Virus record (IMG/VR): IMGVR_UViG_3300037851_000757
Span: 714-64,713 of that record
Strand: one strand, 5' to 3'
Length of the DNA: 64,000 nucleotides
From: a virus
Position 1 is the first letter of the stretch; each line of letters begins with the position of its first letter. This document shows, piece after piece, positions 52,380-62,399 of the stretch. The notes below the pieces were generated by a model. The model worked only from the letters and a program-made list of their open reading frames with translations. It made no database searches and had not been told where the DNA came from. The position numbers and the translations under genes were made by a program.

Positions 52380-54054
52380 TTGATGCTCCTCTGCGGTCTT
52401 TATTGAGCTTATCTATTTCATCGTCATTTAGATTTTGCAAATCTCTTACGCCTCTATTAGAAACAGCAGATTGTGCCTTTGCGATTCTTGCTGCTCGATC
52501 TGCATGATCTTTTTTGGCTTTTTCTGCTTCTCCTTTTGGGTAGCCCAGAGCTTCTGAAGCAGTTGCATCCGAAACAAGACCTTCTTTGTGATCTTCTCTT
52601 ATTATTTCATGATCCATTGTGGTAACTTGAGCAGTCAATATTTCTTCATAAATTACTTCCATCGTTTCTTGTCTAACTTTAGTTTCAAGAGCAGTAATGG
52701 CAATCTGTCTATCAATTTCTTTTTGAAAAGTAATAGAAGGAACAACTGTTTTTAATTCTTTTAACTTTTTAATTTCATCAAGACGCTCTGCATCTGATCG
52801 AAGACTATATTTTTTTGGGTATTTAATAACAGCCGCACTTTTTCCAGATTCATACATTGTCCAGATTTCTGCAATCTCTCGTTCAACTCTTTCCAACTCC
52901 ATACCAATATAACTTAGCCCTGCTTCCAAACCTTTTTCATCTGTTAAATCTGCACTCTGAGAACCAGCAGGCCGTTCTAAATTCTTTAAAGAAAGGTTAA
53001 CCAATTTTCGAATATCTTCTTTTAACTGATCACTTTTTTTCATGCTTGCTAAAAGCGGCTCTGGAGATGGATTTATAAAATCAGGTCGCTCTAACCCTTT
53101 TGCATATTTTCGACCATGTGTGACACCTATTTTAATATCAGATCTGCCTTGTGCATCAGCAGTCTCTCTTGCTGGAACCCCTTCTTCTGTGTCACTAAGT
53201 TGTAATTTTGCAAAATTTTCCATTTGAGGATTAAATTGCTCAGTATAAAATGGAAAATTACTTTTTAGTGAGTATCCAATATCAGAACTTTCTAAATTAA
53301 GTAGAGCAATTTGATAATCAGAGACATCAGTTAAAAGGCTCTGACTTAGAGTTGCAATTACTAAAGGAATTCGAGGGAGATCTATTTTAAGGGCTTCTCC
53401 TTCTTGCTCTCCTTTTGAATTATAAATAGTTAAAGAGACACCATTTTCTTCAAGAATAATGTGCCTATATTTTATTTCTCTTCCTTTTACAAGATGTGTA
53501 ACAGGGTCAACAACATCTATATAATCTTTTAAAAGGACTGCTACTAAGATGTTGTCTACATAAGTCCAAGATTGGATATCTTCTGCTGGATAGTAATAAA
53601 GATAAGGAGAAAATTGTTTTGACTGTAATTTGGTTGTTCCAATATCTGATGCTTTGTCAACAAAGATTCCAACTTTTGCCATTGGAAGCAGTTCTGGTAA
53701 AACTTGAGTTCCGATAAAAGTTGTCATAGTCATACCAGCTCTGTCAACACCACCAGTGTCTCCATAAACAGCTTTTTGATAAGAAGAAGAACCACCGATT
53801 CGCTGAATCTCAACGAGTCGTTGATATATTGAATTTTTAATATCAATAATAGCTGCTTTTGCATGAGCTGGACAATAAGAAATATCTCGTCTTGTTACAA
53901 AATCTGTTGCTTCTTCTCTATGAGAAAATTTTTTCAAATATTTATTAACAAAATCCTTGCCACCTACAAAAGTTGCCCGATATTTTTCCCAATTTGAAAC
54001 ACTTGAAAGATAATCAGGGTGAAAAGTTTCCGTAATTTTTGATTTCCGAGCCAT
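52366..54054 (-). CDS. Portal protein
   Basis: HPDY...W.KYR..F.GG...YL N-terminus; directly downstream of TerL. Confidence 0.85.
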   Translation of the reverse strand: MARKSKITETFHPDYLSSVSNWEKYRATFVGGKDFVNKYLKKFSHREEATDFVTRRDISYCPAHAKAAIIDIKNSIYQRLVEIQRIGGSSSYQKAVYGDTGGVDRAGMTMTTFIGTQVLPELLPMAKVGIFVDKASDIGTTKLQSKQFSPYLYYYPAEDIQSWTYVDNILVAVLLKDYIDVVDPVTHLVKGREIKYRHIILEENGVSLTIYNSKGEQEGEALKIDLPRIPLVIATLSQSLLTDVSDYQIALLNLESSDIGYSLKSNFPFYTEQFNPQMENFAKLQLSDTEEGVPARETADAQGRSDIKIGVTHGRKYAKGLERPDFINPSPEPLLASMKKSDQLKEDIRKLVNLSLKNLERPAGSQSADLTDEKGLEAGLSYIGMELERVEREIAEIWTMYESGKSAAVIKYPKKYSLRSDAERLDEIKKLKELKTVVPSITFQKEIDRQIAITALETKVRQETMEVIYEEILTAQVTTMDHEIIREDHKEGLVSDATASEALGYPKGEAEKAKKDHADRAARIAKAQSAVSNRGVRDLQNLNDDEIDKLNKDRRGASNDDD

Positions 54055-55715
54055 TATAAGATTCTCCCAATATTATAATTTACTGCTAAATTTGCCGCCA
54101 ATGGCAAAGCAATTTCAGCATAATTACCACTATGAGCAAAATGGTCAGAATCGTGCTCACTCTTAACATAGCGACCAACAGGATTTCCATCTTGATCTTT
54201 TTCATAGACACGGACAAGTGATTTAATATGATCTTTATATTCTGTGCTTAAATCAATTGGGAGAATAATTTTATTTTTACGGTATCTTGAAAATCTTAAA
54301 TCAAGCCAAGAAGTTCTATCCACAGTAATTGTATATTCTTCCTCACTGTGGATATGAATTTGTTTTGTATTGCCAACTTTATTCCCATAATAGCAGAGTT
54401 TTACTCTCCCAAAATGTCTTTGAGCAAACTCTAAGGCTTTTCTTTTTTCCGGGTGTGCATCAATCACACAAAAAGCAATCCCAAATCTTCTCATTAAGTC
54501 ATCAAGATTTTCAAAATCTAAAGTCTTCCCTTCATTTATTAATTTACAAGTAGCAGCTAAGCTAATATCTGTTTCTAAATCTTTACCTCCAAAAAACCAT
54601 TGATCGATTTCAAAATGTAACCATTTTCCAACATCTACTCCCATTGTTAAAAGAGCATCTTTTGGAACAATTCCTATTTTTTGATGATTTCCAAGACAAG
54701 CCAATATGTCAGTATCAGTAATCCGTGCTCCTTCAACAATATGAGTCAATCCAAGCTTTGAATTATAAAATTCCTGTTCATCTGCTGGATTACTTTTAGA
54801 TTTAAGATAGAGACTTGCAATTTCATAAGGCTTTACAGTCATGGAATATAACTGGCTAATATGATACCCATAAATGTCTCTATCATCATATGTTGGAATC
54901 CATTTGGCATTTGGTGGCGCTAAAAAATTAATCTTATCTTCATGTTCTAATATCTTTTTACATTCTTTACAAATTAGATGGCTTTCTCGAATTTTTTGAT
55001 CTGTTACCTCCTCTGCTGTTATGATTAAACAATCTGGAAAAATTAAATGGGTATATTTTGAACAATGTGGACAACGAAAATAATAAAGATGTTGTGTACT
55101 GATTTTGAAATCTGCATTTATTCCGTAATTATCTATGGTTGGAGTTGAAATTTGAAAAAATTGTTTTTCAATTTGTCCAGAAGCCCGTTCAAAGATCATT
55201 GGGACATTCTCTTGGACCATTTCATCTTTTTCATCAATAATTGCCAAGCCAACAGGAATTGATTTAAGTTGACTCCGACTTCTTGAACCGCGAATATATA
55301 AATTTGCACTTCCAGCCCTTTTATGTCCGATGTTTTTAACATCTGTAAAAAGACTTTTTAAATGTGGACTCATCTCTAACGCAGAGTCAAATCGAGCTGT
55401 TGAAAAGTCACTGGCGTCTGGTGTCGTTGCTGGTAGCACATATAGAACACTTGTTCGATCAACATCTATGGCTTTAAAAGATCTATTTAAAGCGACTTCC
55501 GTATATCCCATTTGGGCAGCTTTCTGCCCAATAATATTTTCAGCAACACAATCATGCAAATCAATTAACCAAGGATGATACTTAAATGTCCAAGGACCAG
55601 GAAAAGGTTTCCCCATTATCCTATAAGTCGAAGCATATCTTGAGACAGTTGTTACTGCTTTTCTCTGAAGGCCAGAAACAACTCTTTCATATAAAAGTTT
55701 TTGGAGAGAGTGCAT
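54054..55715 (-). CDS. terL: Terminase large subunit (lambda GpA-like)
   Basis: QKAAQMGYTE Walker A, IIDEKD Walker B, ISTPT, CPHC..CKEC, GVDVG, DHFAH. Confidence 0.92.
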   Translation of the reverse strand: MHSLQKLLYERVVSGLQRKAVTTVSRYASTYRIMGKPFPGPWTFKYHPWLIDLHDCVAENIIGQKAAQMGYTEVALNRSFKAIDVDRTSVLYVLPATTPDASDFSTARFDSALEMSPHLKSLFTDVKNIGHKRAGSANLYIRGSRSRSQLKSIPVGLAIIDEKDEMVQENVPMIFERASGQIEKQFFQISTPTIDNYGINADFKISTQHLYYFRCPHCSKYTHLIFPDCLIITAEEVTDQKIRESHLICKECKKILEHEDKINFLAPPNAKWIPTYDDRDIYGYHISQLYSMTVKPYEIASLYLKSKSNPADEQEFYNSKLGLTHIVEGARITDTDILACLGNHQKIGIVPKDALLTMGVDVGKWLHFEIDQWFFGGKDLETDISLAATCKLINEGKTLDFENLDDLMRRFGIAFCVIDAHPEKRKALEFAQRHFGRVKLCYYGNKVGNTKQIHIHSEEEYTITVDRTSWLDLRFSRYRKNKIILPIDLSTEYKDHIKSLVRVYEKDQDGNPVGRYVKSEHDSDHFAHSGNYAEIALPLAANLAVNYNIGRIL

Positions 55716-56023
55716 TAATAATCCACCACATTAAATTCTAAAATAAATTCGCCAATACTCTGTTGATTTGTTGTAACAACCATCCGAATGATATATGAAT
55801 TTTTATCAAGACCACCTTTTAAATAAGGCTTAAGATAAACACCTGTAAATGTTGATTTTACAGAATCAAGAACTTCTGGAGAAGATGATTTACTCTTTTT
55901 GTTGAAAGCTGTAAAATCAACATTTGTTATTGTTTCAGTTAAAAGCCAGCTCGAAATATCTATGGAAGCATACCCGGCTTCTTTAGGAGTCTTCTCGGTT
56001 AAGATTTTTAAAATCTCACTCAT
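55715..56023 (-). CDS. Fibre adaptor-like small virion protein
   Basis: KTPKE..Y.SID.S.WL...GG....Y.I...V.T pattern. Confidence 0.5.
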   Translation of the reverse strand: MSEILKILTEKTPKEAGYASIDISSWLLTETITNVDFTAFNKKSKSSSPEVLDSVKSTFTGVYLKPYLKGGLDKNSYIIRMVVTTNQQSIGEFILEFNVVDY

Positions 56024-56376
56024 AGATAGACCTCATAATCCTGTCTGGTGACAAGGGTGCGTCCGCATGAATGAATTACATAAAATCGATATTTTTGAGT
56101 CACACAACAATTCAAATACTCTTTTAACTGGATTCCCTCTTTTGTTTGTTTCAGAAAACCTCGTCCAAATCTTCTGACAAACTGTTCTCCAGCAGCCAAA
56201 TCAATTAAAACATCATGGCGAGGAAATCCTGGAACCGAGGGAAGAAAAGAACAACGTATAATCTTTTCTATAGGGAGTACTTTCCAAGTATTCTCTTTCC
56301 CATCGGCTTCGTATTGTGAAAGAATCTGGCCATCGACAGTTTCCATCTGCCAATGGTATGTAGTACGGAAATCCAT
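56020..56376 (-). CDS. Hypothetical protein
   Basis: AAAGG precedes ATG 56376 (MDFRTT); track start 56415. Confidence 0.65.
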   Translation of the reverse strand: MDFRTTYHWQMETVDGQILSQYEADGKENTWKVLPIEKIIRCSFLPSVPGFPRHDVLIDLAAGEQFVRRFGRGFLKQTKEGIQLKEYLNCCVTQKYRFYVIHSCGRTLVTRQDYEVYL

Positions 56377-56395
56377 GCGAACGCACCTTTCTTTT

Positions 56396-56890
56396 TTAAG
56401 TCTCGTCATAAGCAAATGTCAAAGTTTCTGCCGTGAGTGTCCCAGGATTTGCCGTGCTCGCAACGGTCAACTGAAGCCGCAAAAAGTCACCTTTGTAAGC
56501 GGCACTCCCAGTGTGAGGACCAGTATTAGTTACATCCAAATCTATTGGTGATCCACTGGTCTTTGTGAACAAATCAGTCCCAGAAATATTGGTATTGACG
56601 TTAGTGGCCCAAGAACCGGAAGTTGTGTATTGAACACCTACGCCAGTTCCAAAACCACTGCTACCATCCGAGTATGCCCGTAGATTTGTGATATCAACTG
56701 AAGGCGCAGTACTGAAATAAAAACGAAGAGTCTTTGTATAAGAATAAGAAGTCCCAGACGGAGGAATTTGAACGCGATTGTTGTTATCAACAGTGTTTTC
56801 ATCTGCACTCTTAAAGCGAACAGTTCCAGAGGTTTTGTCAACTCCTGTTGAAGTTCCAGACATTTCATGAATTTGGACGACAGCTGCCAT
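56396..56890 (-). CDS. Virion structural protein (beta-rich)
   Basis: Ser/Thr/Gly-rich; GGAG SD. Confidence 0.65.
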   Translation of the reverse strand: MAAVVQIHEMSGTSTGVDKTSGTVRFKSADENTVDNNNRVQIPPSGTSYSYTKTLRFYFSTAPSVDITNLRAYSDGSSGFGTGVGVQYTTSGSWATNVNTNISGTDLFTKTSGSPIDLDVTNTGPHTGSAAYKGDFLRLQLTVASTANPGTLTAETLTFAYDET

Positions 56891-56892
56891 TG

Positions 56893-59800
56893 TTAGTCTC
56901 CTATGAGCTGATCCCGGTACTTAAATGACCAATTAGGATTTACAGTTTTTAAAACCGGACGAGTAGATGCTGTTTTAAGTGGGACTCTATGTGATTTTGA
57001 AAATCCTGACCATTTCGGTGTGGCTAAAACAAGAGTCGTATAAATTATTGCATCTAAGAGAGTCTGTTTTTGCATATTGATTTTATGCAAAAGACTATCC
57101 ATTGATGCAGCAACTTCAATTGTTCCACTTAAAATTGCATCTATGTAAATATCCTTAATTGATCCACTATAGAGTTCCGCATCTATGCTCACAGTTTTGG
57201 TTTGGCCAGCACGGCTCAATAGAGCATCCAGCTCCAAGGAGCTGAAAGATTCTTTTATAAAATAAGCGTCAAGATTCGTTGAGATTGTTCTAAGATTAAA
57301 TGTAATTGCATCAAGAACAGCTGATTTTGTTTGTTGTTTTGTAAGAAGTGAATCCAAAAGAAGGTCAGAAATTAATGTTTTCCAGAGTATAGCGTCGAGT
57401 GTAGGTTGCTGTAAAAATGTTTTTTGTGTAATAGCATCAATATCTGTTCCAAGAGTATGAGAACGAGCAAGAAGGCTGTCTATTGAAAGAGTTGTAAGAA
57501 TATTAGCCTTATTTAAAAGGCTGTCAATAGAAAAAGTTTTTGCTTGAACTCCATTCAAATAAGCATCTAAAAGAACTGGTAAAGATCCACCGTATCCTAA
57601 AAGAGCATCTATTGAAAGACTTGTTTGTATCCCTATTTTATTTAGAAAAGCATCAAGTCCAAGTGTTTTTATATAAGAAATATAAAGCTGAGCATCAAGT
57701 CCGAGAGTCTTTAATATTCCAGTTTTATTGAGAAGACTATCAATATTAACAGGACGTGTGCCAGTATAAAATAGAATTGCATCTAAAGCAAGCTGTTTTG
57801 TAAGGATTTGATAAATCAAACTATCTAAAGAAGTAGTTTTAAGAATATCGAGTTTGTGTAAAGCTGCATCAAGAGAAGTTGTAATTTGACTTCCTGTAAT
57901 AGCAAATAGAATAGCATCTAAGCTAAGAGTTTTTGTAAGATCAAGTTTGTGAAGCAAAGAGTCAAGAGAAGTTGTTTTTGTAAGATCGAGTTTATTTAAA
58001 ACAGAATCAAGAGAAAGAGTTTTAAGTTCTTCTTTTGAAATTTGAGCATCTAAAAAAGTAGATAAAGTTTGGCTGGCTTTATTCAATAAGCTATCTAATG
58101 AAATTGTTTCAGATTGCAGAATCTGTAGAAAAGCGTCAATAGAAGTAGTTACAGACAAACCCGTTTTATGTAAAGCTGCATCAAGAGAAGTTGTTTTTGT
58201 AAGATCGAGTTTATATAAAACAGCATCCAAAGAAACATCTTTGAGTCCAAGATAAGCTAAAAAAGCATCAAGAGAAGTTGTTCTTATAAGCTCAAGTTTG
58301 TTTAAAACAGAATCAAGAGAAGCAGTTCTTTCAATCCCTGAATGTTGAAGAATAGAATCAATCAAAAAGGTTTGGGTAAGTCCGACAGCATTTAAAAGAC
58401 TGTCTAAAGAAATCGTTTTATAAATAATCTGATACAAGAAAGCATCAATAGAAACAGATTTTGTAAGATCAAGTTTGTGAAGAAGTGCATCAATATAAAC
58501 ACTATCTAAGCCAGTTTTAAATAGAAAAGCATCAAGACTTGAAAAGCGTGTTAAGTCAAGTTTGTTTAAAAGAGCGTCAAGAGAAACAGTTTTAAGAATA
58601 TCAAGTTTGTTTAAAAGTGAGTCAAGAGAAGTTGTTCTTGTAAGATCAAGTTTGTTTAAAAGTGAGTCAAGAGAAGTATCGATTGCATAAATCTTAGCAA
58701 GAATTGAATCAATACTTAAGGTTATTGGAACTTGTTTTGTTAAATAAGAGTCAAGAGAAGTAGTTTTAAGAATATCGAGTTTGCTTAAAAGAGAATCAAG
58801 TGAAACTGTTTTTGTATAAGTGGCCGCTGTACTTAATAAATTTAAATGATCTCGTCGCTGCGGCCGGAACATCGCATAAGGGTCTTGAGTAATAAGTGCC
58901 GGAAATCCCGACTGCTCGGCATACTGGCCATCATCGTCCCAATGATAAAAATAGGCCAAATCAATGTTTGCGTAATCGTAGGTGGTCGAAGTCCACCAAG
59001 CTCCCAAACAATAATAGATCGTGCCGCTTACTTGGTTGAACCAATAGGCGGTTGTGCCTGTTCCCCCAACAACTCCGGTTTGGACAACATACTTTCCGTT
59101 GATGTAGATTCTCGCATTGTCACCGGATTGCGACACAAAAACATGGTACCATTTGCCATTTTGCAAACTCTCATGGACCACCAATTCGTAATAATTGGTT
59201 GAAGTCGTTCCTATTACTTGGAGAGTGAGTTGCCCACTTATTGTAACAAGCAAATTAAGTCTGGGATTGGTAGCCGCACTTGCACTCGCTATAAAAATTT
59301 GGCTATTTGATCCATCAGCCCTTGATTCTCTCCACCTGAATCCTGCGGCAAACGAGCTTTTGGAATGACTGAAATATGTGCCAATGCTTGTGGGAAATTT
59401 TACGGCATCATCATTGCCGTCCAAAACCAGATACCCGCGACTATCGACTGCCGCCCCGCCCACTATATCAGAAGAATAAAGGTCTAAGGCTAAGTCTTCG
59501 GCCTTTAAACCGCCCCCTTGAGTTGAAAAAACGTGCGCCCATGTCAACGCCTGGGCGTGGGGATGGCTTTTGTTAAGCAAAAGCGCATGGGGGGCTGGCG
59601 GCACAAAAATTTCGGGAATCTCATCCGAATAAGACGCATCGACAATTTCAATTTGTGCCGCTTTCCAGTAATCGGCGTTGACCGCAGTACACGTTTTTGT
59701 TGTCGTTGCCCCTGTCGAAGATACTGTTCCCCATGAGGCGTGGATCGAAAGGCCGCTTGAACTGGCGGCACTCTGCCTGTCGGCAATCTCGGTATATGTC

Positions 59801-60276
59801 GGCGTTGAGCCACTCGGTGCCGTCCAAGTGGTGCCATACATTGAGCTTGCGATGCACAAAGATACGTTGTTCGCCCGCATGACGATTATTGGGCAAACGG
59901 CGCTTGTCGATGACGCATTGGCTGTCGATGTTACAAAATCACCTATCGGCGCTGATGTTTTTATCCCGCTCCACGCCGAAATAAATCCAGCATTTTCAAT
60001 CGAAGAAGAAAACCCCCAAACGAAATTGGACGCCGATACGTCCGAAGCAGTTGCGATTTTGTAATAAGCATACTGGGTATGCGTCCTAGTCCCGATCACT
60101 GAACGATACAACATGGTCCACCCAGATGGGGCTGAGTTGACCAAATTGCTTGCCGACTCGATACAAAAAGCCGCAATCATCAAATGACCCTCAGCCAAAC
60201 CTGTCGGCTTGGTGAGGGTTATTGATGTCGCCCCTGTGCTGCTTGCAAGTTGCGTATTGACGTGTCCGATTGCCAT
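56893..60276 (-). CDS. Fibre-like protein: beta-sandwich N-domain, LamG/ConA-like domain and about 41 repeats of 14-15 aa
   Basis: LDGNDD, GKWYHV...YING (LamG-like); repeat x-S-(L/I)-D-(S/A)-x-L-x-K counted by hand. Confidence 0.8.
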   Translation of the reverse strand: MAIGHVNTQLASSTGATSITLTKPTGLAEGHLMIAAFCIESASNLVNSAPSGWTMLYRSVIGTRTHTQYAYYKIATASDVSASNFVWGFSSSIENAGFISAWSGIKTSAPIGDFVTSTANASSTSAVCPIIVMRANNVSLCIASSMYGTTWTAPSGSTPTYTEIADRQSAASSSGLSIHASWGTVSSTGATTTKTCTAVNADYWKAAQIEIVDASYSDEIPEIFVPPAPHALLLNKSHPHAQALTWAHVFSTQGGGLKAEDLALDLYSSDIVGGAAVDSRGYLVLDGNDDAVKFPTSIGTYFSHSKSSFAAGFRWRESRADGSNSQIFIASASAATNPRLNLLVTISGQLTLQVIGTTSTNYYELVVHESLQNGKWYHVFVSQSGDNARIYINGKYVVQTGVVGGTGTTAYWFNQVSGTIYYCLGAWWTSTTYDYANIDLAYFYHWDDDGQYAEQSGFPALITQDPYAMFRPQRRDHLNLLSTAATYTKTVSLDSLLSKLDILKTTSLDSYLTKQVPITLSIDSILAKIYAIDTSLDSLLNKLDLTRTTSLDSLLNKLDILKTVSLDALLNKLDLTRFSSLDAFLFKTGLDSVYIDALLHKLDLTKSVSIDAFLYQIIYKTISLDSLLNAVGLTQTFLIDSILQHSGIERTASLDSVLNKLELIRTTSLDAFLAYLGLKDVSLDAVLYKLDLTKTTSLDAALHKTGLSVTTSIDAFLQILQSETISLDSLLNKASQTLSTFLDAQISKEELKTLSLDSVLNKLDLTKTTSLDSLLHKLDLTKTLSLDAILFAITGSQITTSLDAALHKLDILKTTSLDSLIYQILTKQLALDAILFYTGTRPVNIDSLLNKTGILKTLGLDAQLYISYIKTLGLDAFLNKIGIQTSLSIDALLGYGGSLPVLLDAYLNGVQAKTFSIDSLLNKANILTTLSIDSLLARSHTLGTDIDAITQKTFLQQPTLDAILWKTLISDLLLDSLLTKQQTKSAVLDAITFNLRTISTNLDAYFIKESFSSLELDALLSRAGQTKTVSIDAELYSGSIKDIYIDAILSGTIEVAASMDSLLHKINMQKQTLLDAIIYTTLVLATPKWSGFSKSHRVPLKTASTRPVLKTVNPNWSFKYRDQLIGD
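57030..58830 (-). repeat. Coding tandem repeat array (42-45 bp period)
   Basis: Recurring TCAAGAGAAGTTGTT...AAGATC(A/G)AGTTT(G/A)T units on the + strand. Confidence 0.85.
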
Positions 60277-60277
60277 T

Positions 60278-61294
60278 TTAACTCAGCGATAAGATTGCTG
60301 TTCCTATGACAGAGATAGCAACATTTTGACCAGTGTTATCAGCAGCAATACAGCGAAGATATTTTACCCCAACAGGGATTTCTATTGAATGGGAAAAAAT
60401 TCCATTAGCAGTTATTGGACCGAATATCCATGGACCGAAATTATACCAATCTTTATTGTTTGCACTCACTTCAATTTTAACAGCAACTGGGAGAGTAGGA
60501 CCAGTTGATTCATTTGTAAATTTGATTTCTAAAATCGCACCATAGCTTCCAGATAAATCCCATGTTGCAGAATAGACTGGCAGATACGGCATTACGGTAA
60601 CATTGTTCAATAAGACATATACACCAAGCATATCTGTTGATGCTTGCTGCAAACAACAAGCAACGCAAATCATCCAAAGTTGATTGCCAGAATTCCCATC
60701 TGGGTCAAATTGCACTTGGACACTTCCTGATGGAAATCCTTCAGCCGTCACGCCATATGAATTGTTATAAGAATCACCTTCAAGAGTCGTTGCATTCGTC
60801 CATGTTACTCCAGTCGGTAGATTCGCGTCATAGGCATATGCCGCAACAAAAATAGCATCTCCAGAAAGACAATAGAGAGAAGGAAGTATAAGATATGAGT
60901 TTGAAGCAATCTCACTAAAAGTTCCATCTCCATCTGCGTGTCTAAATGGGCATTTTGTATTTATTCCTTTATAGGTAGCATAATGAAGATGTCCACCATC
61001 AAGGAAAGTTGAAGATCCATCAAAATCCCATGCTAAGGTTTGTGTTCCAGTAGGGGGGTTAACCAAGTAATAAATTGCTACAAAATTATCTACAAAGTCA
61101 TTTGAAACTAAACACGTTAATTCTACCGAGTTAAGTGTAATGACCGCATCGGTAGCAAATTTGCCGATAGTGGTAACACAACCAACGACGGCGAGCATGA
61201 AAATCTCGGCATCAGAGGGTACCGAAATTGATTGCGATCCACTGTTCGCGGAAGAATGAATGGATGCGCTTGATCCTGTTCTTGTAACAGCCAT
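60278..61294 (-). CDS. Virion structural protein, two beta domains
   Basis: The C-terminal part (PTLPVAVKIEVS...WYNFG...IEIPVGVKYL) is paralogous to 61294..61659. Confidence 0.7.
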   Translation of the reverse strand: MAVTRTGSSASIHSSANSGSQSISVPSDAEIFMLAVVGCVTTIGKFATDAVITLNSVELTCLVSNDFVDNFVAIYYLVNPPTGTQTLAWDFDGSSTFLDGGHLHYATYKGINTKCPFRHADGDGTFSEIASNSYLILPSLYCLSGDAIFVAAYAYDANLPTGVTWTNATTLEGDSYNNSYGVTAEGFPSGSVQVQFDPDGNSGNQLWMICVACCLQQASTDMLGVYVLLNNVTVMPYLPVYSATWDLSGSYGAILEIKFTNESTGPTLPVAVKIEVSANNKDWYNFGPWIFGPITANGIFSHSIEIPVGVKYLRCIAADNTGQNVAISVIGTAILSLS

Positions 61295-61659
61295 TAACTT
61301 AAAGCCGACACTTCGGCTCCCTCAACTCGCAGAGTTACGTTCTGTCCGGTATTTGAACCTGAAACTGTTTTTAAATATTTTGCACCTATTGGAATTTCAA
61401 CAGAATAGGATGCAACCGCATTGTTTGTGATCGACCCCTGAATCGCTGCGCCGAAGTTGTAATAGTTGGAATCATCTGGACTTAACTGGATCTGCACCTT
61501 AGCCGCCACGGTAGGGCCAGTTGCACCATTGGTCAATTTAATGTACAACATCCCACCGAAGCCATCAGCCAGATTCCATGCAGTTGAAGTCGTATCACCT
61601 GCACCAGCCGTAAGAGTCACATTGTTGTGAATGACTGTTACGGTTTTAGTTGTTGCCAT
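61294..61659 (-). CDS. Small virion structural protein
   Basis: TNGATGPTVAAKVQIQLS...YYNFG...EIPIGAKYL...NTGQNV. Confidence 0.7.
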   Translation of the reverse strand: MATTKTVTVIHNNVTLTAGAGDTTSTAWNLADGFGGMLYIKLTNGATGPTVAAKVQIQLSPDDSNYYNFGAAIQGSITNNAVASYSVEIPIGAKYLKTVSGSNTGQNVTLRVEGAEVSALS

Positions 61660-61670
61660 GATTCCTCCAA

Positions 61671-61922
61671 TCAGACTTGTGGATCAGCCGCAATTATTGC
61701 AGTCAAAACGTTTGCAGCTTTTGCAGCTTCATTTGCTTTTAGAACTTGCCAAGCATCTCTCGCAGTAATTGCTTGAGCAACAAATTCATTGCGTCCTTCA
61801 ACACTTGCGATCGCCCGTTGCGAAAATGAAAACGTTCCATATGTTGGGTCTGTCCAGATTCCAACAATAGTCCCAGTGTCAACTTTGTCGGGGTCGAATG
61901 AAATTTGAATCTGCCAGGACAT
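61671..61922 (-). CDS. Hypothetical protein
   Basis: Operon packing; GAGG SD. Confidence 0.6.
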   Translation of the reverse strand: MSWQIQISFDPDKVDTGTIVGIWTDPTYGTFSFSQRAIASVEGRNEFVAQAITARDAWQVLKANEAAKAANVLTAIIAADPQV

Positions 61923-61924
61923 TT

Positions 61925-62398
61925 TTAATTTCCTCTCATTGGGATAAAATCAAAAACAATCTTGAACTTTGCACCATTAACAGAGTTTCCAGTAATTTTC
62001 AACCAGAGAGAATTATACACTGGAGCGTCGAAAACAGAACCGCCAGCCAGAGGCCGAAAATGATTATTTGCAGCAGCATCGATGGTGTTCGCGCCCGCGC
62101 CGCCCAAAAGATCGTAAGCAACATCAATAGGCTCGACAGTGAAATCACTATCAAGAGTAGGAGCTGGAGATCCAAAGTATGTGTGCAAAGATCTAAGAGC
62201 ATATCCCTCCTGAAAAGTCAAGACTTTTTGTAGACTGTCAGCAAGCTGAGTATCTGCGACAGTCCCATCAGTGTGTGCTGTTACGTTAGCAGTTACTTGC
62301 ACCCCTCCACCTGTCAATTTAGTAGAGGTGTAAATAACTTCACTGGCCGCAAAACAGATTTGTGGAATCAAAAAAAGAAGAAAAAAAAGTCTTTTCAT
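61925..62398 (-). CDS. Protein with a signal-peptide-like N-terminus and a beta-rich body
   Basis: MKRLFFLLFLIPQICFA-A. Confidence 0.65.
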   Translation of the reverse strand: MKRLFFLLFLIPQICFAASEVIYTSTKLTGGGVQVTANVTAHTDGTVADTQLADSLQKVLTFQEGYALRSLHTYFGSPAPTLDSDFTVEPIDVAYDLLGGAGANTIDAAANNHFRPLAGGSVFDAPVYNSLWLKITGNSVNGAKFKIVFDFIPMRGN

Positions 62399-62399
62399 T

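Noticed and set aside
57030-58830. Repeat array as a CRISPR
   Set aside because: Units are in-frame, degenerate, multiples of three and lack unique spacers; it is a coding repeat.
29576-62398. Diversity-generating retroelement
   Set aside because: No reverse transcriptase, and I saw no TR/VR pair differing only at adenines.
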